Source: Escherichia coli (GTDB taxonomy: Bacteria; Pseudomonadota; Gammaproteobacteria; Enterobacterales; Enterobacteriaceae). From it: a stretch of 64,000 nt of DNA. Below, one piece after another: positions 55,795 through 64,000 of the stretch; within the stretch, counting starts at the first letter, position 1; each line of letters starts with the position of its first letter. The stretch is taken from NCBI RefSeq assembly GCF_050320075.1, contig NZ_CP190018.1; one strand, written 5' to 3'. The notes below the pieces were generated by a model. It saw nothing but the letters and a program-made list of their open reading frames with translations. It was not told where the DNA came from and searched no databases. The translations under genes and the position numbers were made by a program.

Positions 55795-57126
55795 TTACTG
55801 CCCCAAAGATGGAAGATATCCGTAGCGATTAATGAAGTCGATTGACAGTTCGGGGTGCTGCTTCAGGTAATCTATAGAAGCCTGAGGCGCTTCCACTCGC
55901 TTGATACCGTTTTGCTGAACGTACTTACCAACCGCCTCATTACGCTTCTGGTTGAGCGTGTTCAGGATGACGCCAGCGTTGCGACGAAAGGACTCCTCGC
56001 TCTGCGAGTTCTGCAGCGAACCAACAGCCTGGTCGAGCTTTTTGCCCTCGGCATCAGAAAGTGCGCCCATGCCTCGCATGGCCTGAACCGCTGTCAGGTA
56101 TGCTTGTGATTTAAAGGTATCAAGTCGTGCCTGAGTGTCTGCAGCCTGTGAGCCTGGAACGTTGGGGATTACTCCACGTAAGCCTGTAATGCTCTTAAGT
56201 GAAGGAGAACTAACGATATCGTTCAGAGTGAACATGCTGGTTGTGAGGGTGTTGATGCCGTCTTTGTAGCCATCATTTAGCGCTTGCTGCTTCTGCTGCA
56301 ACTGCTGGTTGTTGGCTGCTATGCGGCTCTGTATTTCCTGGCGCTTCAGGTCGTTAGTTTCTGCTGATAGCATCCGGTCAAGGCGCTTATTTTCGTTGTT
56401 AATGCGGTTTGTTTCTGCGTCCAGATTAATGCGCTGCTGACCTAAATTCGCCTGGATATCTTGCCCGCGCATTGTGATTGCTTGATTCCGAGCGGCGGTT
56501 TGCGAATCCAGGTCCTGACCGCGCATGGCAACCTGGCGACCCTGCATTTTATCCTGTAGGTCAAAGTATTTTTCGGGTCCGAGACTGTTCATCCCCAGGT
56601 GATCGACAAATTCTCCGAACTGCCGCGGGTTCTGTTGGTACATCTGAGCGACGTCCTGAGGATTAACGCCAACACGAGCTAACTCACCGGCGTTGTTTTG
56701 CAGCCATGATTGCATTGCTTCTGGAGACGATGACGCAAGGCGTGCGCCAGCCGCTAAGGTGCCGATAGAATTACGCTGGTCTTCATCAATGAATCCCATG
56801 CCTTTACGAACGGATTCAATCTGGTCTGGATATTGAGTAGCCAACTGACGCAAAGCACCGCGATCACCAGAAGCATAAGCATTAGCGTATGCCTGCTGAA
56901 ATTCTTTCTGCCGCTGAGCCTGCTTTTCCTGCTGAAACACCCCCGCAATACCTGAAAGGCCTTGCAAAGCAGTCAGCCCAACATTGTTAGCTCCTGAACG
57001 CTCAATATCATTGTTCTGCCTGATAAGCTGAAGCGTATTGCCGATGTCATTTACGCTCGGAGCGTTTGAGTTGACGCCGCCGATACCAGCCAACAATCCG
57101 CCATTTGATCCTTGCCAAGTAGCCAT
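55795..57126 (-). CDS. DNA ejection protein (P22 gp20 position)
   Basis: 443 aa, Gln/Asn-rich coiled-coil protein; position. Confidence 0.7.
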   Translation of the reverse strand: MATWQGSNGGLLAGIGGVNSNAPSVNDIGNTLQLIRQNNDIERSGANNVGLTALQGLSGIAGVFQQEKQAQRQKEFQQAYANAYASGDRGALRQLATQYPDQIESVRKGMGFIDEDQRNSIGTLAAGARLASSSPEAMQSWLQNNAGELARVGVNPQDVAQMYQQNPRQFGEFVDHLGMNSLGPEKYFDLQDKMQGRQVAMRGQDLDSQTAARNQAITMRGQDIQANLGQQRINLDAETNRINNENKRLDRMLSAETNDLKRQEIQSRIAANNQQLQQKQQALNDGYKDGINTLTTSMFTLNDIVSSPSLKSITGLRGVIPNVPGSQAADTQARLDTFKSQAYLTAVQAMRGMGALSDAEGKKLDQAVGSLQNSQSEESFRRNAGVILNTLNQKRNEAVGKYVQQNGIKRVEAPQASIDYLKQHPELSIDFINRYGYLPSLGQ

Positions 57127-57135
57127 GATTACCCC

Positions 57136-57828
57136 TTAAAACAACGAGCCAAGCAATCCGATACCAGCACCAATGCCAGCGCCCCAAGGTGTTGATGTTC
57201 CCAAAAGGCTGGCAAGACCTGCACCGGTAATCGCACCAGACGTGCCACCGCTAATTGCAGTCTGAAGACTTGATGGTTTATTGGCATTAGCAGCGGCAAG
57301 AGCTGCGCTTTGCTGTGCAATGCTGCTCATGTTGTTGGCGTACGTCTGCCCGGCGTTTGCCTGACCTTGCAGCGCACCAAGCCCAACGTTTGCCAGATTG
57401 TTGTAATTGCTCATCTGATTTGATAACCAAGACTGACCGAGTGTCGGCGCGATCGTAGCCAGTTGATTGCTTGTGGCTGTCGAACCAAGTCCACCCGTCG
57501 CCTCCGCAGCAGCAAGACTCTGGTAACGCGCCTGCCCTGCAAGGTCTTTATACTGCTGAGAGTTGTAATACTGATTAAGTGCCTGCCCCTGACCTTCTAA
57601 ACTGGAAAGGTTCTGAAGCTGGTTAACATACTGCTCCGCAAGAGGCGTGAACGGAGCAAGGTTTTTCATGATCGTCTGCCACTGCTGATTTTGCAGATCT
57701 GCAGCATACTTCTGAGCTTCTGCTGCATACTTTGCGCTTTTATCAGAACTGCCACCTTTCCCGCCTTTTTCAGGGCAATAAGGTTCCTCGCCGCGCAGTT
57801 TTCTGCCCAGCTTAAATGCATATAACAT
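57136..57828 (-). CDS. DNA ejection protein (P22 gp7-like)
   Basis: 230 aa; MLYAFKLGRKLRGEEPYCPEKGGKGGSSDKSAKYAAEAQKYAADLQNQQ... near-collinear with P22 gp7. Confidence 0.85.
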   Translation of the reverse strand: MLYAFKLGRKLRGEEPYCPEKGGKGGSSDKSAKYAAEAQKYAADLQNQQWQTIMKNLAPFTPLAEQYVNQLQNLSSLEGQGQALNQYYNSQQYKDLAGQARYQSLAAAEATGGLGSTATSNQLATIAPTLGQSWLSNQMSNYNNLANVGLGALQGQANAGQTYANNMSSIAQQSAALAAANANKPSSLQTAISGGTSGAITGAGLASLLGTSTPWGAGIGAGIGLLGSLF

Positions 57829-57830
57829 GG

Positions 57831-58289
57831 CTATCTCCCGTGATTCAGGAAGTCGATTAGTTCTTCGCGTGTGGCGCTGTAAAAAGTCACGTCATCCACG
57901 CCTTTAAAGTATTTCTTGATGGTTCCGACACGCTTAAGGCCAATCATTGCGCAGTACATCTGACCGTGGCGGAATTTGCGTGCAGCGAACGATGTTACGC
58001 ACTGAACGGTGGTGTTAGTCAGAATGTATCTCCAGAACGCCAGCCCGATTTCCTTGCTGAAGCCGCGAATCTCTGGCAGGTACATGGCGTGGCAATCGAA
58101 TGTCAGCGGCTGAATCTCTTGATAGTAAACAATGCCGCCAAACTGACCGTGCACGTTAACCTCAAAGTAACGGCATTCAGGCTTGTAGTCGTATCCATCA
58201 CCGTTGTTGCTTCCGGCAATAATGTCAGGGTGATTTCCGACTGCTTCGATCAGGTCGATGTTTCGCGTTGGTTTGAACTGAATCATCAC
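57831..58289 (-). CDS. head assembly protein (P22 gp14 position)
   Basis: 152 aa; position between tail needle and gp7-like genes. Confidence 0.6.
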   Translation of the reverse strand: MMIQFKPTRNIDLIEAVGNHPDIIAGSNNGDGYDYKPECRYFEVNVHGQFGGIVYYQEIQPLTFDCHAMYLPEIRGFSKEIGLAFWRYILTNTTVQCVTSFAARKFRHGQMYCAMIGLKRVGTIKKYFKGVDDVTFYSATREELIDFLNHGR

Positions 58290-59134
58290 TGCTCCGCGAT
58301 TATCTTGATGGTTGTGGCAGTAAACGCCGCACCATTCGACTGAATGGTTAACGTACTGCCATTTGTGGCAAGAAATCCGTCTTTATCCACGCTGAAGAAC
58401 GTAGCTAACAAGATGTTATCGGTTGTTGTCGCCGAGTTGCGACTGCTTACCAGTGTGTCAGGAACAGAACCGGAAAAGGTTAGCTGCATTGACCTGTTGG
58501 CTGTTCCGCTGGGCCACGTCCCGACAATCGACAGCTTGAAGAACAGGGTTTTGTTCTCGTTGAACACAACCATCTTGTTGTTAACGGTGTCGAAGAATGG
58601 CGCCAACGCGCCGGATGACGGCGTGAGCGTTTTCAGCAGGCTAACAAGGTTGGTCGGCGCTGTCGGGATGGTTACAGATACGCCAGAGTAAACAACCTCT
58701 GACTTTTTGCGAGTAGTGGCATACTCCAGAGCATCGATGCGCGTTTCATGGTCTGAAACCTGCGATTCCAGCGACTGAACTCTGGTATCAAGCGACGCAA
58801 TATCGCTTTCATTCTGAGCTATTCGTGTTTCATGTTCCTGAAGAGTTGATTCTGCCTGGCTGATTCGCTCCTCATGATTAACAAGCGTTGCTTCCGCAGC
58901 AGAAATTCGCTGCTCATGGTCAGCGAGAATCACATCCTGCTCATCGTTCCTGACCTGTGCATCATAAGCGCCCTGTCCGGCCTCGTTGGCCTTGTTAGCC
59001 ACGTTACCAACATCAGTGCCCTGTGCGATAACGTAAAGCAGATACGACTGCGAGAAGATATTGCGTGGAAGGACTGATGTGTCGAGCCGCGTAGCCTGGA
59101 TGATTACCGGCACATTGAGATTCGAATCCGCCAT
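58286..59134 (-). CDS. tail needle protein (P22 gp26-like) with extended C-terminal knob
   Basis: N-terminus [43 protein letters not shown]... matches P22 gp26; heptad coiled coil ([37 protein letters not shown]), then ~110 extra residues. Confidence 0.85.
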   Translation of the reverse strand: MADSNLNVPVIIQATRLDTSVLPRNIFSQSYLLYVIAQGTDVGNVANKANEAGQGAYDAQVRNDEQDVILADHEQRISAAEATLVNHEERISQAESTLQEHETRIAQNESDIASLDTRVQSLESQVSDHETRIDALEYATTRKKSEVVYSGVSVTIPTAPTNLVSLLKTLTPSSGALAPFFDTVNNKMVVFNENKTLFFKLSIVGTWPSGTANRSMQLTFSGSVPDTLVSSRNSATTTDNILLATFFSVDKDGFLATNGSTLTIQSNGAAFTATTIKIIAEQ

Positions 59135-60552
59135 TACTCAATCCTTATCTGGCAGCCAGACAGAGTGACAGGTGACTTCGTGATAACGCGCAATTTGAAG
59201 CCGACATTTTTCCTGATGCGCCCTACTCGCTTCCACAAAACGCGTTTGTCGTAAACGAACGGTTCATTCTGCTCAATCATCTGCTCACGCCCGTAATTGA
59301 TGCCGTCAGTGGTTGCAGAGAGAAAAAGGCGGTCAGCATACTGCGCAACGCCAGTTGACGATTCAACCTCAAGGTCGAACACTCTGGCGTTATCCGCTTT
59401 GAACAGTGGAGTAAACAGCAGGTGTTCCTGTTGCTTGTCGTACTGGCTGCTGATGTCGAATTGCAATTTCCCGGTCACGGACTCCAGCTTATCGCCACAC
59501 GTTATCTGATTGCCTTCGTAAATGAAGTCGATAGCGCGGTACACATCGTCATACAGGCCTGTTTTCAGCACACACCATTGCGGACCATTGGCACTTGAAG
59601 ATGCGTCGTACACGAGGACGTGACGCGGAAGATGGATAATCAGCAACTCATGAGCATCAAACCGCAGCGATTCCATCACACCATCAGCCAGTTCATCAGC
59701 AGTGTAGGAGCGTAGTATTTTCTCAATGCTCGCGCTGGCGATTGGTGACACCTGACCGGAGCCGATGATGTATACAGACGGCGCACCTGTTGCCGGATTG
59801 CTGATAAACGCATAGGAATCAGCAAACGGCGTTTTGCAGTAAGTCCCGGCGATTCCTTTTTGCACCATCAGTGATGGCTGTGCGACATACAAAGCGGCAC
59901 CAACGGTGGTTGCGCCAGTCAGGGAGAAATATTCAATCGTCGATGAACCAAAGCAGACGATGAAGTCTCGCCATGTTCCGATGCCGATGATGCCGTCCGG
60001 CTGCGATTCTGCGCGATATTGTGCACTGTATCGGTCAGGGTGCGATTCGTCTTCAAGGTCAGTGATAAACCATGAATCAGTTCCGTCTTTTGACCACGCA
60101 TAACGCCCACGTAAGCGCGTAATGTCGCGAACTGAACCTAACTCGTACTGTGTGAATCCGCTGTCTGTAGGCCAGTTTGAGACGGTTTTAACCGTGCCAT
60201 CATAGCGATACTCGACCAGTTGACCATTAACGCCTACCGCCTGTGATGTTCGACCATGCGCCATTGATACTCTACCACTTCCGGCAACATCACCGACTTC
60301 ACTTTCTCCTTTGTACAGCTTGCCACCACACACGCGATAAACAGCACTCTGCGCCATGTTGTACTCGACGCCGCGAGATACACCGTTCACATCAGAACGT
60401 TTGGCAATGCCCGGGAATGAGCGAAGATATCCGCTGCTGTTGAGTATTTCTTTGGGTGTAGCCAGCATATTCACTGGCATATAGTCGATATAGTCAGCGT
60501 TTCTAAAGTCTTTGCCGACACCTTTCATAAGCGGAAGTTGCTGAATCGGCAT
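59134..60552 (-). CDS. tail hub / tail accessory factor (P22 gp10 position)
   Basis: 472 aa; position between gp4-like and tail needle. Confidence 0.75.
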   Translation of the reverse strand: MPIQQLPLMKGVGKDFRNADYIDYMPVNMLATPKEILNSSGYLRSFPGIAKRSDVNGVSRGVEYNMAQSAVYRVCGGKLYKGESEVGDVAGSGRVSMAHGRTSQAVGVNGQLVEYRYDGTVKTVSNWPTDSGFTQYELGSVRDITRLRGRYAWSKDGTDSWFITDLEDESHPDRYSAQYRAESQPDGIIGIGTWRDFIVCFGSSTIEYFSLTGATTVGAALYVAQPSLMVQKGIAGTYCKTPFADSYAFISNPATGAPSVYIIGSGQVSPIASASIEKILRSYTADELADGVMESLRFDAHELLIIHLPRHVLVYDASSSANGPQWCVLKTGLYDDVYRAIDFIYEGNQITCGDKLESVTGKLQFDISSQYDKQQEHLLFTPLFKADNARVFDLEVESSTGVAQYADRLFLSATTDGINYGREQMIEQNEPFVYDKRVLWKRVGRIRKNVGFKLRVITKSPVTLSGCQIRIE

Positions 60553-60560
60553 TTATTCAC

Positions 60561-61043
60561 CTATGCGTTTGGGATATCGCCATCAATCAGAGGGAGATCG
60601 CCTGGGTAATATCGGTCAGATGTGAACACGTCATATTTATTACCCTGCCCTACAGGAAAATCTCCACGTCGTCGCATTGAAGGAACAACCAGAGTGTCGG
60701 TCATCAAGGCATCATATGAGCGTTGGGCGTTACTGAGAACTTGCGGAGTTGGCTCAAGGCTGTAATCAGATAGCATTCTCAACAATAACTGATAGCCTAC
60801 TGCGTGTTTGTATTTTCTTGGAAGACCTGACTCATCATCTGGTAATGGCTGCTCATCTCCAGTTGCGAAAGCGTAACCAATGTCGCCGGGGTTAATCATC
60901 CACTCTGACATCATATCTTCCAGATCATTTACACCATCTTCAATTGATTGCGGCTCAACATCAGTCAGCGATGCATTAGAAGCAATAGCAAACTTACGAA
61001 GCGCAAAAAGGACGATCTCACCCTTTGTCAGTGCTGTTGCCAT
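60561..61043 (-). CDS. tail accessory factor (P22 gp4 position)
   Basis: 160 aa; position after coat gene. Confidence 0.65.
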   Translation of the reverse strand: MATALTKGEIVLFALRKFAIASNASLTDVEPQSIEDGVNDLEDMMSEWMINPGDIGYAFATGDEQPLPDDESGLPRKYKHAVGYQLLLRMLSDYSLEPTPQVLSNAQRSYDALMTDTLVVPSMRRRGDFPVGQGNKYDVFTSDRYYPGDLPLIDGDIPNA

Positions 61044-61245
61044 TGTCCGCCGCCTTACGACCTCGCTTACTGGTCGGTTTCAATTCATCAACTGAGGCAA
61101 CAAAGCCCAACCTTTCGAAAAACTGGAAGTCTTTTTCTGCGATAACGGCCTGTACATGCCCGGATTCGTTATCTGCGGCAAGGAATACACTCATCCGATC
61201 CATATTGTTTCCTTAAAACATAAAAGGGGCGTAAGCCCCTTGTTA

Positions 61246-62517
61246 TTACGGATTACCGAAGAACTGACCGCCCATGTGAGGGTTAAAGCACACATATGCA
61301 GGAAGTAAGTCGAAGCGCATTTTTTGCACGTTGGCATCGCCATCTGCGTATTTATGTACGCGGATGGAGAAACCTTCATATGTTGCAACAGCAGAATCAA
61401 TACTGTGCAGTTTCGGCAGTGGGATAGAGCCAAGTCCACAGAAGAACTTGTTATAGAACAGGTTTGGCTTCATTGTCTGGCTAGCAGTGCCTACTACAGA
61501 TACGGCATCGCCTGCCTCTACCTGACGACTTACAGAGTTGTACTGCGGGTTTGTAGTGTCATAAATCGGAACACCAGAAAGCGTAACCGTCACATCGCCA
61601 CTGCTGTCTGAATTAGCATCAGCAGTAACCGTTGCAGTGAAGCTAATTGGTGTGGCTCCGTTATACAACGCCTGTTTGGTCTGCTGTTGCAGCCAGTAGG
61701 TATTGGTGAATTTAACCTGATCACCAGCTTTCAGAAAACCTGTAACGCTGGCTGTCGCTCCGGTCAATGTTACAGTGAACTGGTATGAGTCTTTAACTGC
61801 GTTATAGGTAACAGTTGGCTGTGTTTTGACTGTCAGTGTTCCGCCAAATGCCCCCTGCGTACGAGAGGCAAGCCCATTAGACATCAGTGCGCGAATGCCG
61901 CCAAAATTGGTTGGAATCTGCGCATTCTCCCATGCAGTACGAACCAATTGATCTGAAGCGTGCAAACCAGTCTGCGCATCAGCAAGTCGCTGTGCAGACC
62001 ATGGATCCATTACAGCATAGTTTTCACCTTCATTAACGCCGAGGTCTTTCAGGAAAGATGCCGTCTGCGCAACATCAGACCATTTGGTGATTGGAGTATT
62101 GGGGCTACCAAGTGACAACGCACCGTTATTCATCATGAAGTGAGCAAGCTCTGTTTCAAGGTCGGTAACGATTCGCTGGCGAACCGGCGCGAGAATTTCT
62201 TCCAGTTGGTTAAGCTTGATCGCTTCCTCCAGTTGCTGATATTCAACAGCAACAGTGATGTAGTTACCTACACGCCCCGTAGCTTTACCTGAGATCAGGT
62301 TGTTTTTATTTTGCCCTGAAATATCACCAGTGGGAGTACGGAGGGATGAGAATTGATGCGGACGTTTAAAGCTAACGCTATCGCCAGTGCTGGAGTTGAT
62401 TTCACCTGCCAGCAACTGACGGTCTACGGTTTTCGCCAGAACTAAATCTGACATAAAACCCGGAAGGAATTTTTTCAGAACGATTTGACTGACGTTACTG
62501 TCGAGATTGTTAGGCAT
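61246..62517 (-). CDS. major capsid (coat) protein, Sf6-type
   Basis: 423 aa; length and position (after scaffold) fit the Sf6-like HK97-fold coat protein with insertion domain. Confidence 0.8.
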   Translation of the reverse strand: MPNNLDSNVSQIVLKKFLPGFMSDLVLAKTVDRQLLAGEINSSTGDSVSFKRPHQFSSLRTPTGDISGQNKNNLISGKATGRVGNYITVAVEYQQLEEAIKLNQLEEILAPVRQRIVTDLETELAHFMMNNGALSLGSPNTPITKWSDVAQTASFLKDLGVNEGENYAVMDPWSAQRLADAQTGLHASDQLVRTAWENAQIPTNFGGIRALMSNGLASRTQGAFGGTLTVKTQPTVTYNAVKDSYQFTVTLTGATASVTGFLKAGDQVKFTNTYWLQQQTKQALYNGATPISFTATVTADANSDSSGDVTVTLSGVPIYDTTNPQYNSVSRQVEAGDAVSVVGTASQTMKPNLFYNKFFCGLGSIPLPKLHSIDSAVATYEGFSIRVHKYADGDANVQKMRFDLLPAYVCFNPHMGGQFFGNP

Positions 62518-62528
62518 TTATCTTTTCC

Positions 62529-63413
62529 TTATTCGATTTTTGCGCCGGGGCATAATTTGTTGAATTCGTCTTGTTTCGCATCAGCACCGCCACCACGTAC
62601 TTCCGGCTCTGGCTTGATGGCTTTCTTTGGTTTTGGAGCAAGGCTTACCTGTTTGCTAATCTGCCCCAAGAGGAATGCTGCGCGAATTGGATCTGTCTCA
62701 GCGGCTACACGCTGGCGTAATTGCTGGCTCTTACCTAAGCCATAGGCGAGTAGTTCAGAGCCTTCGTCTGCACAGTGAATGATGATTTCCTGCTGAATTG
62801 GTGGTAGCTCACTAAGAACAATGGCCTCCATTTCCTGATAATCTTTCACAGGAAGTTTGGCTGCCCGTTGTTTATGCGCTTCTACCCTTTGCTGGAAACG
62901 CTGTTGGTATTCCTGTTGCTGACGTAGTTTTTGTTGCTGCTGCTGTTCGACACGGCCTTTTTTCTCATGCCAATCAGTCAATGCCTGTTCAAACGCCTGT
63001 TCGTCATAATCACACGACTCAAGAGTCGGTTTTGGTGGAATAGCGTCTGGTTGTGGTTGCTGATGTTCCGCAGGCTTGGCTAATGCTTCCTCAAGCTGGC
63101 GGCGCAACTCACGGTTTTCTTTCTGTGTTTCTTTGAAGCCTTTGCGAAGATCTTTCACCCATTGCGGTGCAGGTTGCCCGTCAATGTGATCATCATCGTC
63201 AGCGTTAAGCTGAATTTCTTCATCACCAATACGCAAGGCGTAATCTTCTGGTGTCTCTTCGGTTTTTTCAGGATCAGTTGCCATCTCTTTTCCGTTGTCA
63301 TCCTGGCTTTCATTCTCAGGCTGTGACTCTGTTTGGATGATGGTTTCTTCTGCATTTTCCTGTGTTTCAGACAGGTCAATAACCTGACCGTCGATGATCA
63401 GTTCGTTTTCCAT
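62529..63413 (-). CDS. scaffolding protein
   Basis: 294 aa, highly acidic, Gln-rich, helical (QQQQQKLRQQQEYQQRFQQRVEAHKQ); between portal and coat. Confidence 0.8.
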   Translation of the reverse strand: MENELIIDGQVIDLSETQENAEETIIQTESQPENESQDDNGKEMATDPEKTEETPEDYALRIGDEEIQLNADDDDHIDGQPAPQWVKDLRKGFKETQKENRELRRQLEEALAKPAEHQQPQPDAIPPKPTLESCDYDEQAFEQALTDWHEKKGRVEQQQQQKLRQQQEYQQRFQQRVEAHKQRAAKLPVKDYQEMEAIVLSELPPIQQEIIIHCADEGSELLAYGLGKSQQLRQRVAAETDPIRAAFLLGQISKQVSLAPKPKKAIKPEPEVRGGGADAKQDEFNKLCPGAKIE

Positions 63414-63426
63414 TGATTACTCCTGG

Positions 63427-64000
63427 TTAACTCGGCATTAAGTCTGCCGGTGACTGTGGTGGTGACTGGAATTGCTGTTGTTGTGACTCGGCGACATCTT
63501 TCAGAAGGCGTATTGCCTCCATCACTGCTTTGTCATCGATGTTTCTGGCTTGAGCCAGTTTATAGACAGTGTTTGCCTGACTCTCCATCGCATCCTGCTG
63601 GGCAGTAAATGCTTTGATTTGAGTTTGAGCGGTTTCGTTAGTTGCTTTTTGCGCTTCTGCCTGCGCTGCTACCATTTGCGCCTGAGCGAGAACCATTTCA
63701 GGATTTGGCTGGCTTTGTGCTGCCATTTGCGCCTGTTGAACAATCTGCTGCTCTTTCTCATTGCGTGGTTTTGCAATACCAGATATCAGCAGTTGGTTTC
63801 GGTTGTACTCTTTGAAGTCATCAAGGCCTTCGCCATCGATATTGTCCAGAATAATACCCTGAATTGCCGGGCGCATTGGGTCTGTTGGAAGCATAGAGCT
63901 AAGGACATTTGTCAGTACAGAAACCGTTGCATCACGTCGTGCTGTGTAGCTTGGTCCAACATCAACCGTCACATCGTATCGACCGACAGAAAGGTCATTT
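63427..64000 (-). CDS. portal protein, C-terminal part only (gene continues beyond window end)
   Basis: ORF open to the window edge; Gln/Ala-rich helical C-terminal barrel-like tail; position upstream of scaffold. Confidence 0.65.
   Translation of the reverse strand, partial: NDLSVGRYDVTVDVGPSYTARRDATVSVLTNVLSSMLPTDPMRPAIQGIILDNIDGEGLDDFKEYNRNQLLISGIAKPRNEKEQQIVQQAQMAAQSQPNPEMVLAQAQMVAAQAEAQKATNETAQTQIKAFTAQQDAMESQANTVYKLAQARNIDDKAVMEAIRLLKDVAESQQQQFQSPPQSPADLMPS

Larger units (their letters stand above)
48897..64000. mobile_element. P22/Sf6-like (podovirus) prophage, late-gene end (portal fragment through tailspike plus conversion genes); continues beyond the window
   Basis: Collinear with the P22 late-operon order portal-scaffold-coat-4-10-26-14-7-20-16-mnt-9, followed by a conversion gene next to the att core. 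Confidence 0.85.

Noticed and set aside
61018-61203. 61-aa minus-strand ORF between the gp4-like and coat genes
   Set aside because: Overlaps the start of the gp4-like ORF; may be a genuine small head protein, but evidence is insufficient

Overview
Enterobacterial (Escherichia-like) chromosome segment, read from sequence and the supplied ORF track only; no database search was run. Left third (1-23.4 kb) is conserved core: an AraC-family regulator, the intimin-like adhesin gene eaeH/fdeC, aldo-keto reductases, two LysR regulators, a hydrolase, an Old-Yellow-Enzyme oxidoreductase, the Zur-regulated ykgR / ykgM-ykgO locus, the complete ecpRABCDE common-pilus operon, ykgJ and yagU. Middle (23.7-31.8 kb) is the pao aldehyde oxidoreductase locus, here with paoB and paoC joined into one 915-aa ORF, followed by an MFS transporter, a secreted hydrolase and a LysR regulator. 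Right half (32-64 kb) is accessory DNA stacked at a thrW-type tRNA-Thr 3' fragment: (i) a defence islet with an AbiEi/AbiEii pair and a 1069-aa reverse transcriptase-nitrilase fusion (DRT type 1 / UG1-like), plus Ner-like and integrase gene debris; (ii) a P4-like satellite element (alpha primase, crr and ori iterons, RNA-immunity repeats, alpA, sid-delta-psu, cos, integrase) whose psu-int hotspot carries an AT-rich 464-aa gene of unknown function with a C-terminal HEPN-like motif; (iii) the late region of a P22/Sf6-like prophage (portal fragment through tailspike) with an O-antigen acetyltransferase conversion gene. The two best candidates for an undescribed function are the 464-aa hotspot gene and the RT-nitrilase islet.
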